Shown here: in pieces, positions 1-9,664 of the stretch
How positions within the stretch are numbered: the first letter of the stretch is position 1
Layout: each line of letters starts with the position of its first letter
Assembly: GCA_964389135.1 (NCBI GenBank)
Contig: CAYMDA010000002.1
Location: 138,800 to 202,799, forward strand
Length of the DNA: 64,000 bases
DNA from: an uncultured Verrucomicrobiota bacterium
Lineage (GTDB): Bacteria; Verrucomicrobiota; Verrucomicrobiia; Limisphaerales; CAIMTB01
Direction: 5' to 3'
Notes under the pieces: generated by a model
What the model saw: only the letters and a program-made list of their open reading frames with translations
Database searches by the model: none
Told to the model about the DNA's origin: nothing
Position numbers and translations under genes: made by a program

Positions 1-289
1 TGTACTCGCGGAGGAGCGCGCGGACGCTGGGGTACACCGGGTGGTCGCGGTCGAAGAAGACCGTGATGCGCACCTCGTTGGTGAGGCTCTGGAGGGCGCC
101 CAGGGTCAGGGCCGAGAGCCGGTAGTTGTTCGAGGCGCCCCAGTGGAACCTCGGGGCGTAGTGCCGGGCGAGGTAGTTGGACATCACCGCGAGGGCGATC
201 ACGGAGACGATGGACAGCGCCACGCTCGCCGCGATCGACAGGCGGCGCCACGGCGAGAAGCTGGTGGTGGAGGCGGGAACCGATCCCAT
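1..289 (-). CDS. GldG-like ABC-transporter auxiliary protein, N-terminal fragment (gene runs off the window start)
   Basis: My own minus-strand translation from ATG 287-289 gives MGSVPASTTSFSPWRRLSIAASVALSIVSVIALAVMSNYLARHYAPRFHWGASNNYRLSALTLGALQSLTNEVRITVFFDRDHP. It has one N-terminal TM helix, then the Y.LS..T...L..L...V.I.VF opening I associate with GldG/ABC_transp_aux proteins. It starts 3 nt after the permease stop. It is open-ended and so absent from the ORF track. Confidence 0.5.
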   Translation of the reverse strand, partial: MGSVPASTTSFSPWRRLSIAASVALSIVSVIALAVMSNYLARHYAPRFHWGASNNYRLSALTLGALQSLTNEVRITVFFDRDHPVYPSVRALLREY

Positions 290-292
290 GGC

Positions 293-1042
293 TTATCTCC
301 AGCGGCGGGCCTCGATGACCTTCAGGGTGAGGAACAGAAACACGACGGTGACGCTGAGGTGGAAGACCAGGTGCCGCACATCCACCACCCCGCGCGCGAA
401 TTCCCACATCTGCTCGACCAGCGACAAGTCGCGCAGGATCGCCGCGGTCCACGCGGAGCGGCCCGTGAGCGCGGGGGCCGCGAAGCTCAGCAGGAAAAGG
501 CTCACGCCGAGCGCCAGCGCGACGATCGCCGCGATGATCTGGTTGCGTGTCAGCGCGGAGGCGAACACGCCGAGGGCCACGTAGAGCGCGCCCAGCGAGA
601 TGATTCCGAGGAATGTGCTGGCGACGGCGCCCCAGTCCATGACGGAGCCGTCCGGCGTATAGCGGCGCACGATGAGGATGCACCCGAGCAGCGGGAGCCA
701 GAGCAGGATGTAGAAGCTCAGGGCGCCGGCGAACTTCCCGAACACCACCTGGAGGTCATTGACCGGTGTCGTCATCAGGGTTTCGTAGGTGCCGGTCGCC
801 CGCTCGGCCGCGAAGGTTCGCATGGTGATGATGGGCGTGGACAGCAGGAGGATCACCCAGAAGAAGAGCGAGCCGTAGAACAGTTCGGTCAGCGGGATGT
901 CGCTGGGTTCGCGCAGCGCGTCCACGATCAGGACGAAGCTGAAACCGAGCAGCAGAAGGACGGCCGCGAGCACGACGTAGCCGATCGGCGAGCCGAACGC
1001 GGCGGAGAACTCGCGGCGCCAGAGGGTCAGGAAGACGCGCAT
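293..1042 (-). CDS. ABC-2 type transporter permease (GldF-like)
   Basis: 249-aa ORF with ATG 1040-1042 and TAA 293-295. It has six hydrophobic spans, e.g. GYVVLAAVLLLLGFSFVLIV, LFFWVILLLSTPIITM and ALSFYILLWLPLLGCILIV. It starts 3 nt downstream of the ATPase stop. Confidence 0.8.
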   Translation of the reverse strand: MRVFLTLWRREFSAAFGSPIGYVVLAAVLLLLGFSFVLIVDALREPSDIPLTELFYGSLFFWVILLLSTPIITMRTFAAERATGTYETLMTTPVNDLQVVFGKFAGALSFYILLWLPLLGCILIVRRYTPDGSVMDWGAVASTFLGIISLGALYVALGVFASALTRNQIIAAIVALALGVSLFLLSFAAPALTGRSAWTAAILRDLSLVEQMWEFARGVVDVRHLVFHLSVTVVFLFLTLKVIEARRWR

Positions 1043-1045
1043 GGC

Positions 1046-2014
1046 CTATCGGGAGTCGTCGTCGGTTCGTTCCGTGCGGGTGAGGTGCACGAAGATGTCC
1101 TCGAGGGAGTGCCGGGTGAAGGTCAGCTCGCGCAGGCGCCAGCCGCGGTTGCGTGCCTCCTCATACACGCGCTCGCGGAGGTCAACGCCGTTCGCCGGCG
1201 TCAGGGCGCACCGGTAGTAGTCGCCGCTCGACGGGGCAAGGTTGAAGGACGCGATCTCGGGCATGGTCTCCCAGCATTCGCGCAGCTCGGTCTCCGGGGC
1301 CCGGATCTCGGCCACGACCTGGTTGCCGTCGCTCAGGGCGCCCTGCAGGTCCGCCGTGGTGCCGGCGGCGCGCACCCGCCCGCGGTGCATGATGAGCACG
1401 CGGGTGCAGGTCATCTCGACCTCCGGGAGGATGTGGCTCGAGAGGAGCACCGAGCGCCGCTGGGCGAGTTCCTTGATGAGCTGGCGGAGGGCGCGGATCT
1501 GGTTCGGGTCCAGCCCGATGGTCGGTTCGTCGAGGATGAGCAGGGGCGGGTCGTGGATGAGGGCGTCGGCGAGGCCGACGCGCTGGCGGTACCCCTTGGA
1601 AAGGGTCGCGATCAGGTGCCTGCTGACCTCGCGCAGCCCGCACAGTTCCTGGACGAGGTCCACCCGCTCGCGGCAGAGCGCCCCGTGAAGACCCTTCAGG
1701 CGGGCGCGAAACTTCAGGTACTCGCGGACGCGCATGTCCGTCGGCAGGGGATTGTTCTCGGGCATGTACCCGATGCGCCGGCGGACCTCGAGGGATTCGT
1801 GGAAGACGTCGTAGCCCACGACGCGGGCGGTGCCGGAGGTCGCGGGCAGGTAACCCGCGAGGATGCGCATGGTCGTGCTTTTCCCGGCGCCGTTGGGGCC
1901 GAGAAATCCGACGATCTCGCGCGGCCCGACCGTGAACGAGAGATTGTCCACGGCGGTGACGCGGCCGAAACGCCGGGTCAGCTTCGAGACTTCGATGACA
2001 ACGCCGGGAAGCAT
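1046..2014 (-). CDS. ABC transporter ATP-binding protein (GldA-like)
   Basis: Walker A GPNGAGKST, ABC signature LSKGYRQR, Walker B LLILDEPTIGLD, H-loop SSHIL. ATG at 2012-2014. Confidence 0.95.
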   Translation of the reverse strand: MLPGVVIEVSKLTRRFGRVTAVDNLSFTVGPREIVGFLGPNGAGKSTTMRILAGYLPATSGTARVVGYDVFHESLEVRRRIGYMPENNPLPTDMRVREYLKFRARLKGLHGALCRERVDLVQELCGLREVSRHLIATLSKGYRQRVGLADALIHDPPLLILDEPTIGLDPNQIRALRQLIKELAQRRSVLLSSHILPEVEMTCTRVLIMHRGRVRAAGTTADLQGALSDGNQVVAEIRAPETELRECWETMPEIASFNLAPSSGDYYRCALTPANGVDLRERVYEEARNRGWRLRELTFTRHSLEDIFVHLTRTERTDDDSR

Positions 2015-2095
2015 CGAGAGACAAAAAAAGTAGTCGCGGCCGAGGATCTCACGCCACGAGAAAATGTCCGACGGACCCGCGGTCCGCGGGGTCGC

Positions 2096-2971
2096 TCAGG
2101 AAGTCCCGAGCAGCTGGTGGTACTGCCGGATCCGGGCCAGCTCGGTGTGCATGTGGAGCTCGCGGTACGCGTGTTCCAGGTTGCCGCACATGCGCTGGAG
2201 CATGCGCCGGGAGCTGATGGGCTGGAGAAAGGCGGGATCGAACGGCCGGCCGAGCTGGTTGACGAACGCGATGCAGTCGGTCCGGCTGAGCAGGCGTCCT
2301 CCATTGAAGGCATCAACGTAGATCTCGCGGGTGGCCGCCTGGTAGCGGCAGACGAAGTGCGCGGGCAGGCCCACCCCGCTGAGGGGCAGGCCGAGACGGC
2401 GGCCGACCAGCATCACGATCGTGCAGAGGCTGATCGGGTTGCCGGATCGCCGGTCGATGACCCGGTTCAGGTAGCTGTTGTCCGGATGGTAGTAGTCCTC
2501 CTCGTCGCCACGGAGGCCGAGCTGCTGGAACAGCACGACGTGCAGGCCGGCGAGCACGCCGTCCACGTCCGCGCGGCTGGAGGGCAGCCATTCCTCGACC
2601 TGCCGCGCCCAGTCGTCGAGCACCGCGGCGTAGCCTTCGATGTTGATGTCCGGGTACTGCGTCTGGGCGAGACGGAAGGCCCCCTCCTCGAGGTCGAGAT
2701 CGCTCCCGCCCCGGCGGCAGAAGGCGAGCATGCGCTCGTGGGCCTCGCTCGCCGCGAAATGATGGAGCACCTCGCGGGCGCGCCGGCGGATCACCGGGTG
2801 ATCGCTGAGGGCATGGTGGCGGAGCCACGACGCGAGGCCGGGCCCCTCGTCCAGCAGACGCTGGCGCACCGCCTCGGCGACCTGCCCGTCCTCGTCATCG
2901 AGGAGCTTGAGCAGGGCGAGTCGCTGCGGCTCGGTGAGCGGCGTGGGCGGATGGTCGGGCGGGGGATTCAT
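2096..2971 (-). CDS. SirB1/YchA-like transglutaminase-fold protein with helical (TPR-like) tail
   Basis: 291-aa ORF. The core YYHPDNSYLNRVIDRRSGNPISLCTIVMLVGRRLGLPLSGVGLPAHFVCRY matches my memory of the UPF0162/SirB1 family. Confidence 0.65.
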   Translation of the reverse strand: MNPPPDHPPTPLTEPQRLALLKLLDDEDGQVAEAVRQRLLDEGPGLASWLRHHALSDHPVIRRRAREVLHHFAASEAHERMLAFCRRGGSDLDLEEGAFRLAQTQYPDINIEGYAAVLDDWARQVEEWLPSSRADVDGVLAGLHVVLFQQLGLRGDEEDYYHPDNSYLNRVIDRRSGNPISLCTIVMLVGRRLGLPLSGVGLPAHFVCRYQAATREIYVDAFNGGRLLSRTDCIAFVNQLGRPFDPAFLQPISSRRMLQRMCGNLEHAYRELHMHTELARIRQYHQLLGTS

Positions 2972-3110
2972 CCGGACACCCCGAGAGTGGCACGTGATCC
3001 GGGCGTTTCAAACGTGAATCCGTCATTTGTCACTTGCGAGCGCGGCGGGGCGGCTGTTCTTTGATCACCAAAGAAATCCGACGCCGCCGCGTCGCGAGAC
3101 CGGCGGCCGA

Positions 3111-3443
3111 ATGACTGGAGAGAACGGAAGCATGCAGCAACATGGAGGTGGCACGGCGTCCGGGCGCTACTCCGCGCGGCGGATGCACAAGCCAGTGAAC
3201 TTCTACTTCCACGCGCCCAAGGCGACCAGGGTCGCCATCGTCGGCGATTTCAACGACTGGAACCCGCACTCGCACCTGATGAAGCAGGGTCCCGACGGCG
3301 CATGGCACCTGCAGGTGCCGTTGCACCACGGGCATCACCAGTACCTCTTCCTGGTGGACGGCAAGCCGGAACTGGACCCGCGAGCGCAGGGAATCACGCG
3401 CAACGAGAGGAACGAGCGCGTGAGCCTGATGTCGGTGAGCTGA
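3111..3443 (+). CDS. Small CBM48 / AMPK-beta-type glycogen-binding (E-set) domain protein
   Basis: The track ORF begins at TTG 3027; I prefer ATG 3111 (3132 is an alternative). VAIVGDFNDWNPHSHLMKQGPDGAWHLQVPLHHGHHQYLFLVDGKPELDP follows the GDFNDW..G.W...L..G.Y.Y.F.VDG pattern. Confidence 0.7.
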   Translation: MTGENGSMQQHGGGTASGRYSARRMHKPVNFYFHAPKATRVAIVGDFNDWNPHSHLMKQGPDGAWHLQVPLHHGHHQYLFLVDGKPELDPRAQGITRNERNERVSLMSVS

Positions 3444-3684
3444 ACGGAGCCGAATTCCGGGGCGGCGGAACGGCAGGCGGTTTCCCCGCCCTCCCGCGCC
3501 CGGCGGCGCGCCGACGCGGAAACCCCCGTCGTGCGGCGCCGCCGCCGGCCCGCCTTCCACTTTCCTGCCTCCGCACCCTTCGGGCGCTTTCCGATGAAGG
3601 CGCGCGCGCTGCCTGCACGCCGTTGAATCACCCGGGACGGGCGTGATTGCGGAGGCCCCTCGGCGGCTGCTACCGTGCGCCCCG

Positions 3685-6039
3685 ATGGCCGTGCTTTCGG
3701 CAGAACCCCCGGCGAGCGAGCGCGTCCGTCCCTTCATTCCGTCCGCCGCGCGCCTCGCGGAGTTCACACCGCGGGCCGTGATCATGGGGACGCTGCTCGG
3801 GATCATCTTCGGCGCGTCGTCGCTGTACCTCGTGCTCAAGGTCGGCCTGACCGTGAGCGCCTCGATTCCGGTGGCCGTGATCTCGATCACGCTGTTCCGG
3901 CTGAGCACCCGGCTCTTCGGGACGAGGAGCGCGAGCATCCTCGAGAACAACATCGTGCAGACGGCGGGCTCGGCCGGGGAATCGATCGCCTTCGGCGTCG
4001 GCGTCACCATGCCGGCCATTCTCATTCTCGGCTTCGACCTCGAGATCGGGCGGGTGGTGCTGGTGGCCGTGCTCGGGGGCCTCCTCGGCATTCTCATGAT
4101 GATCCCGCTGCGGCGCGCGCTGATCGTCCATCAGCACGGCACGCTGAAGTACCCGGAGGGAACGGCCTGCGCGGAGGTCCTGAAGGCGGGAGCCGACGAG
4201 GAATCGCGCGCCGCGGCCGCGGGTGACGGCGAGCCCGGTGCGGCCGCGGACCTCGGCGCGCGTCTCGGCGCCGGCGCGCGCGTGATCTTCACCGGCTTCG
4301 GGATCGGCCTGGCCTACAACATCCTGATGAAGGCCCTCCGTCTGTGGCGCGACCTTCCCGAGAAGGTGTTCGGCGCCCCGTTCCGCGGCGCGTCCGTGGG
4401 CATCGAGGTGACTCCGGAGCTGCTGGGCGTGGGCTACATCATCGGGCCGCGGATCGCGTCGATCATGTGTGCGGGGGGCGTGCTCGCGTACCTTGTCCTG
4501 ATCCCGTCCATCGCCTTCTTCGGGGAGGGGCTGGCCCAGCCGCTGGCGCCGGGCGGGAAACTGATCTCGCAGATGAGCCCCGGGGAGATCCGGGATGCCT
4601 ACGTGCTGTACATCGGCGCGGGCGCGGTGGCAGCCGGCGGGCTGATCAGCGTCGTCCGCTCGTTGCCGATCATCGCCCGCGGGTTCATGGGCGGGCTGCG
4701 GGCCTTTTCCGAGAGCGGGCCGGGACGCGCGGGTCCGGGCCGCACGGACTGCGACCTCTCGACGCGCGTCGTCATTGGCGGGATCGTCCTGCTCCTCACG
4801 CTGATCGTCCTCGCGCGGCCCTTGAACGTGAACCTGCTGGGCGCGCTCCTGATCGTCCTGTTCGGGTTCCTGTTCGTCACGGTTTCGTCCCGCCTGACCG
4901 GCGAGATCGGTTCCTCGTCGAACCCGATTTCCGGGATGACCGTGGCGACGCTGCTGCTCACGTGCCTGATCTTCCTGGGCCTTGGCTGGACGGGACCGGA
5001 CTACTTCGTCGCGGCGCTGTCCATCGGCGGCATCGTCTGCATCGCCTCCTCGAATGGAGGAACGACGTCGCAGGACCTGAAGTCGGGGTTCCTCGTCGGG
5101 GCGACGCCGCGGCTTCAGCAGGTGGCCATCCTGATCGGGGCGCTGACCTCGGCGCTGGTGCTGGGGCCGATTCTGCTCCTGCTGAACAACACGGCCACGG
5201 TGTACGTGCCCGCGGCGGAGGTGGCGCCTGCCCTGCACACCGATCCGGCCGCGCTCGCGCGGAAGGAGTCGCTCCGGGGACCGCAGGCGGCCTCGGACCC
5301 CGGTGTTTACCGCGTGTGGCACAAGCTCGACACGGAGGGCGGCCCGTCGGGCAAGTACCTCGTGAACGAGGCGGGCGAGGCGGTGTGGCTCGTGGATCCC
5401 GGGATCAACGGAAGTTTCCGGACGCGGCCGGACGGCACCCAGGTCGAGAAGTTCGCCGCGCCGAAGGCGACGCTCGTGAGCTACATCATCAAGGGGATCC
5501 TCAACCGTGAGCTTCCATGGCACCTGGTGCTGCTCGGGGTGATGATCGCGGTCGTCCTCGAGATGTCGGGCATCCCCTCGCTGGCGTTCGCCGTCGGCGT
5601 GTACCTGCCGCTGTCGGCCTCGACCCCGATCCTCGCCGGCGGGGCGGTGCGGTGGTTCGCGGATCGGGGGCTCGGCAGACGGCGGCGAACGATGACTGCC
5701 GAGCAGCTTGGGGCCGAGAGCGACCGCAGCCCCGGCGTGCTCATGGCTTCCGGGTACATCGCCGGGGGAGCGATCGCCGGGATCGGGATCGCGCTGCTCG
5801 CGGCCGTGTGGCCCGGCGTCGCCTCGCGAATCGAGGAATGGTCGCTGGGGAACAATCCGTTCTACGGCACGGCGGCGCTGGAGGAGGGTGGACCCCTGGC
5901 CGGCCTCGGGGCGATGCTGGACCGGGCCGGACTGCTGAACGGCCTGCCGGACGTGCTCTCGCTGATACCCTTCGCCGCACTCGTGATCGTGCTGCTTCTC
6001 GTCGCGCGGGAACGGCTGCTGGCTCGGAGTGAGCCGTGA
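3685..6039 (+). CDS. OPT-superfamily oligopeptide transporter
   Basis: Track ORF is 3643-6039 (GTG start); I prefer ATG 3685. It is a polytopic membrane protein. The N-terminus EFTPRAVIMGTLLGIIFGASSLYLVLKVGLTVSASIP and a large soluble central loop are typical of bacterial OPT transporters. Confidence 0.85.
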   Translation: MAVLSAEPPASERVRPFIPSAARLAEFTPRAVIMGTLLGIIFGASSLYLVLKVGLTVSASIPVAVISITLFRLSTRLFGTRSASILENNIVQTAGSAGESIAFGVGVTMPAILILGFDLEIGRVVLVAVLGGLLGILMMIPLRRALIVHQHGTLKYPEGTACAEVLKAGADEESRAAAAGDGEPGAAADLGARLGAGARVIFTGFGIGLAYNILMKALRLWRDLPEKVFGAPFRGASVGIEVTPELLGVGYIIGPRIASIMCAGGVLAYLVLIPSIAFFGEGLAQPLAPGGKLISQMSPGEIRDAYVLYIGAGAVAAGGLISVVRSLPIIARGFMGGLRAFSESGPGRAGPGRTDCDLSTRVVIGGIVLLLTLIVLARPLNVNLLGALLIVLFGFLFVTVSSRLTGEIGSSSNPISGMTVATLLLTCLIFLGLGWTGPDYFVAALSIGGIVCIASSNGGTTSQDLKSGFLVGATPRLQQVAILIGALTSALVLGPILLLLNNTATVYVPAAEVAPALHTDPAALARKESLRGPQAASDPGVYRVWHKLDTEGGPSGKYLVNEAGEAVWLVDPGINGSFRTRPDGTQVEKFAAPKATLVSYIIKGILNRELPWHLVLLGVMIAVVLEMSGIPSLAFAVGVYLPLSASTPILAGGAVRWFADRGLGRRRRTMTAEQLGAESDRSPGVLMASGYIAGGAIAGIGIALLAAVWPGVASRIEEWSLGNNPFYGTAALEEGGPLAGLGAMLDRAGLLNGLPDVLSLIPFAALVIVLLLVARERLLARSEP

Positions 6040-8693
6040 TGACGGGGGTGCGGGCCGGCCGGCGGCCGGAAGCCGGATCCGCATCGGTGTCCGTGCGACG
6101 GCGGATCCTGTGCGCGGTCTTTCTCCTCTCGGGTGTGCCCGGCCTTGCGGCACAGCTCTCATGGGCCCGCGTCTTCAGCGCGGGGCTTGGTCACGAATGG
6201 CCCGCGCTGGTCGGCGTGGTGACCGCGTTCTTCGTCGGGATGGCGGCCGGCGCATGGATCCTCGACGGGCCCCTCGCGCGCAGCTCGAGACCGGCATGGT
6301 GGTACGCCGGACTCGAGTTCGGATGCGCCGTGTGGATCGTCGCGACATCCTTCGCGCTCCCTCAGGTCAACGCGCTCGCCGCGGAGTGGACCGGGATCGA
6401 GGCCGGCGCGCTCCGACAGACGGCGATCGCGTTCCTCGTTCCCTTCGCGCTCATCGCGCCCGCGACCGCGGCCCTGGGCGGCACGCTGCCCGCGATGGAA
6501 CGCGCCGTTGCGCCGCTGCAGCCGGACGGGCGCGCGGTGGCGCTCCTGTATGCCCTGAACACGGCGGGCGCCGTGCTGGGGGTGTGGCTGGCGATGGCAT
6601 TCGTCATGCCGCGGTTCGGATTTCGTGCGACGCTGTGGCTGGCGGCGGCCGTGCAGCTCGCGTGCGCCGGCGGCGCGATCCTCGCCTCCGGCATTTTCCG
6701 GACGGGTGACGATCGGGATTCGACTCGGACGCGCGTGAGGCCCCTCCCGAAACCCGTGGAGGCCGTGAAGACGCACGCGGGGCAGGGGACCGCCGGGGGG
6801 GACGCGGCCGCGCATGGACTCTCGCGACGGCGTCTGCACGCGACGGCGTGCTGGACGGGGTTCCTTGGAATGGGATTCGAGCTGCTCGGGGTGCGGGCCC
6901 TCGCGCAGGTGACGGAGAACACGATTCACACGTACGGCGCGGCGCTGGGCGTGTTCCTTGCCGGCACGGCGCTCGGGGCGGGATGGCTCCGCAGGCTGGA
7001 GCGGAGGGGCCGCGCGCCCGCGCTCGGGATCGTGGTGGCGGTGCCCGCGCTTCTCTGCGTGCTCGGGGGCGGGGTGATCGGGGCCAGTCCGCGGCTGCTC
7101 GAACCGCTCCGGGGCGCGGCGGGCCGGTGGGGATCGGAGGTGGTGCTTGCCGCGGCCGCGTTCCTGCTGCCGACCATGGGAATGGGCGCGGTCTTCAGCC
7201 GGGTCGTGCAGGTCATCCGGGACCAGGGCGGAGGCGTCGGCAGGGTGGTCGCATGGAACACCCTCGGCGCCGCGCTGGCGGGTCCCGCCGCGGTCGGCCT
7301 GCTCCTGCCGATCCTCGGGTTGCAGGTTTCACTCGCTTGCGTCTCCCTGGGCTATCTCGCCGCGGTACCGTGGCCTCCGGGAAGAACGGTTCTCGCCCTC
7401 GTGTGTCTCGCGGCGGGCGCGACGCCGTTCCTTCGCTTCGGAGAGCGGCTCCTCGAGGTGCCGCCCGGCGCGGAAGTGGTGCGGTTCGCGGAGGACCGTC
7501 TCGCCACGGTGGCGGTGATCCGGACGGCGGACGGCCACCGGGTTCTGAGGGTCAACAATCACTTTCAGCAGGGCGGCACGGCCACGGCGCTGGCGGCGCG
7601 GCGGCAGGGCCATCTCCCGCTCCTGCTCCATCCCGAGCCGCGGCGCGCGCTCTTTCTGGGCGTGGGAACCGGCGTCTCGATGGGCGCGGCGGCGGCATAT
7701 CCCGGCTTGAGCGCCGACGGGGTGGAACTTCTCGGCGCGGTGATCGAGGCGCTCCCGCTCTTCGAGCCGGAGAACAGGGCGCCCCAGGCGCGTCCGACGT
7801 TCCGGATCCTCGAGGGGGACGCGCGGCGGTTCGTGCGCGCCACCACCCGTCGGTACGATGTCATCGTGGGCGACCTGTACCACCCCGCGGAGGACGGCGC
7901 GGGCTTCCTGTACACGCGCGATCACTTCGAGGCCGTTCGCGACCGCCTCGCCCCGGGCGGCCTGTTCTGCCAGTGGATTCCCCTGCACCAGGTGACGCTG
8001 GAGGTGTTCTCCGACATGGCGCGGACGTTCGTCGAGGTTTTCCCCGGCGCCACGTTGTGGCTGCTGCGCTTCAACGTGGATGCGCCTGTCGTGGGGCTCG
8101 TCGGGGGACTCGCCCCGCTGCGTCTGGACCCTGCGGCCGTCGAGGCGCGGCTCAAGGAGGAGAACCTGGGGCCCGCCGCGGCGGAGGTCGCGTTCACGAG
8201 CGCTGTGCGCGTGCTCGGATGCCTGGTGGCCGGACCCGATTCGCTGCGGACCATCAGCGCCGGCGGATCCATCGCGACGGACGATCTTCCCCGGGTTCTG
8301 TTCCGTGCGCCGGAGGCGGTCTATCGCGCGACGGAATCGCCCGCCGCGCGGGTGATGACCCTGCTCGCGCGGGCCGATCCCGGGTTCACGGAGGTGATCG
8401 GGGAAGGTTCCGCGCCCGGACTGGCGGACCGCCTCGAAGCGTTTCGCGAGGCCCGTGATCTGCACCTGCGCGGTCTTGCGCGGGAGGAGGGCGAGGGTCC
8501 GCGCGCCGCGGTGGAGGAGTATCTCGCGAGCGCCGCGGCGAGCCCGGACTACACGGCCGGCTATGCGCAGGCCGTGCTCGTGGCCTCCGCCTACGCCCGG
8601 GAGGATCCGCCCCTGGCGCGAAGAATCCTCGAGGAACTGGTCCGCGCGCGGCCGGAGCAGCGGCTTGCGCGGGACCTGCTTCAGCGGCTTTGA
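6036..8693 (+). CDS. Fused polytopic membrane domain / spermidine-synthase-like methyltransferase-fold domain / helical C-terminal domain
   Basis: GTG 6036 overlaps the OPT stop (GTGA); ATG 6039 is the alternative. The N-terminal ~450 aa are hydrophobic. They are followed by LFLGVGTGVSM...YDVIVGDLYHP...LAPGGLFCQWIPLHQ, an aminopropyltransferase-like core. The C-terminus is TPR-like. Confidence 0.75.
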   Translation: MMTGVRAGRRPEAGSASVSVRRRILCAVFLLSGVPGLAAQLSWARVFSAGLGHEWPALVGVVTAFFVGMAAGAWILDGPLARSSRPAWWYAGLEFGCAVWIVATSFALPQVNALAAEWTGIEAGALRQTAIAFLVPFALIAPATAALGGTLPAMERAVAPLQPDGRAVALLYALNTAGAVLGVWLAMAFVMPRFGFRATLWLAAAVQLACAGGAILASGIFRTGDDRDSTRTRVRPLPKPVEAVKTHAGQGTAGGDAAAHGLSRRRLHATACWTGFLGMGFELLGVRALAQVTENTIHTYGAALGVFLAGTALGAGWLRRLERRGRAPALGIVVAVPALLCVLGGGVIGASPRLLEPLRGAAGRWGSEVVLAAAAFLLPTMGMGAVFSRVVQVIRDQGGGVGRVVAWNTLGAALAGPAAVGLLLPILGLQVSLACVSLGYLAAVPWPPGRTVLALVCLAAGATPFLRFGERLLEVPPGAEVVRFAEDRLATVAVIRTADGHRVLRVNNHFQQGGTATALAARRQGHLPLLLHPEPRRALFLGVGTGVSMGAAAAYPGLSADGVELLGAVIEALPLFEPENRAPQARPTFRILEGDARRFVRATTRRYDVIVGDLYHPAEDGAGFLYTRDHFEAVRDRLAPGGLFCQWIPLHQVTLEVFSDMARTFVEVFPGATLWLLRFNVDAPVVGLVGGLAPLRLDPAAVEARLKEENLGPAAAEVAFTSAVRVLGCLVAGPDSLRTISAGGSIATDDLPRVLFRAPEAVYRATESPAARVMTLLARADPGFTEVIGEGSAPGLADRLEAFREARDLHLRGLAREEGEGPRAAVEEYLASAAASPDYTAGYAQAVLVASAYAREDPPLARRILEELVRARPEQRLARDLLQRL

Positions 8694-8760
8694 GGCGGCC
8701 CGGGCATGACGCGCGGGTTTGCCTCCGGCGCGGCGGGTGGAATACAACCGCGGGAACCAC

Positions 8761-9651
8761 ATGAAGACCTCACGGCGGAGCTTTCTCGTCGCCACCGGCC
8801 TCGCGGCCGCGGCATGGAACCTGGAGCCGGCGGGCCGGGCGGCGGGGGCCGCATCGGGCGGGGGAGCAAACGCGGGTGGCCGCGCCATGCGGCTGGGGCT
8901 CGTGACCTACAACCTCGCCATGGCCTGGGATCTCCCCACGCTCATACGCAACTGCGAGGAGACGCGGTTCGAGGGCGTTGAGCTGCGCACGACCCATGCG
9001 CACGGGGTCGAGGTGGAGCTGTCGAAATCGCAGCGGGCGGAGGTGCGGAAGCGGTTCGCGGATTCACGGGTGGAACTGTACGGGCTTGGAAGCGCGTTCG
9101 ACTATCACACGCCCGATCCGGAGCGGCTGCGCCGGGACATTGACGCGACGAAGGACTACATCGTGCTGGCGGCGGACGTGGGCGCCTCCGGGGTCAAAGT
9201 GCGGCCCAACGCGCTTCCGCCGGAGGTCCCGGAGGAGAAGACCCTCGAGCAGATCGGGAAGGCGTTGAACGAGCTCGGAAGGTTCGCCGCCGACCACGGG
9301 CAGATGATCCGGCTCGAGGTGCACGGCCGTGGAACCAGCCTTCTGCCGAACATCCGGCGGATCATGGATGTCGCGGACCACCCGAACGTGGGCGTGTGCT
9401 GGAACTCGAACCAGACGGACCTCGAGGGCGAGGGGCTGGATCACAACTTCGACCTGGTGCGCGACCGCATCGTGGAGGTCCACATGCGCGACCTGTTCCT
9501 CGAGGAGTACCCGTGGCGGAGGCTGTTCGCCCGGCTCCGGCAGTCAGGTTACTCGGGGTATTGCCTTGCGGAGATTCCCGCGAGCACCGATCCGCTGCGG
9601 GTGATGCGGTACTACCGCGCGCTGTGGCTGGCCCTCCAGGAGTGTGAGTAG
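8761..9651 (+). CDS. Tat-exported sugar phosphate isomerase/epimerase (xylose-isomerase-like TIM barrel) family protein
   Basis: ATG 8761 lies inside track ORF 8719-9651. The twin-arginine signal is SRRSFLVATGLAAAAW. The remainder resembles AP-endonuclease-2/xylose-isomerase-like TIM barrel proteins. Confidence 0.8.
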   Translation: MKTSRRSFLVATGLAAAAWNLEPAGRAAGAASGGGANAGGRAMRLGLVTYNLAMAWDLPTLIRNCEETRFEGVELRTTHAHGVEVELSKSQRAEVRKRFADSRVELYGLGSAFDYHTPDPERLRRDIDATKDYIVLAADVGASGVKVRPNALPPEVPEEKTLEQIGKALNELGRFAADHGQMIRLEVHGRGTSLLPNIRRIMDVADHPNVGVCWNSNQTDLEGEGLDHNFDLVRDRIVEVHMRDLFLEEYPWRRLFARLRQSGYSGYCLAEIPASTDPLRVMRYYRALWLALQECE

Positions 9652-9664
9652 GGCGTGACGAGCG

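Noticed and set aside
2061-2093. Imperfect hairpin gacccgcggtccgcggggtc with a distal TTTT on the minus strand after the SirB1-like gene.
   Set aside because: The stem is imperfect and the T run is 9 nt away from it. This is too weak to call a terminator.
41-3064. 1007-aa plus-strand ORF spanning the first 3 kb. Similar giant ORFs occur at 3670-6162 (-), 14180-17992 (-), 20717-24520 (+), 29023-31026 (-), 35941-37533 (+), 37538-39382 (+), 43307-45736 (+), 48434-49978 (+), 56165-59164 (+) and 60199-62223 (+).
   Set aside because: All are antisense to genes with clear family motifs. Their products are Arg/Gly/Asp/His/Pro-rich with no hydrophobic cores or recognisable motifs. Long stop-free shadow frames are expected at about 67 % G+C.
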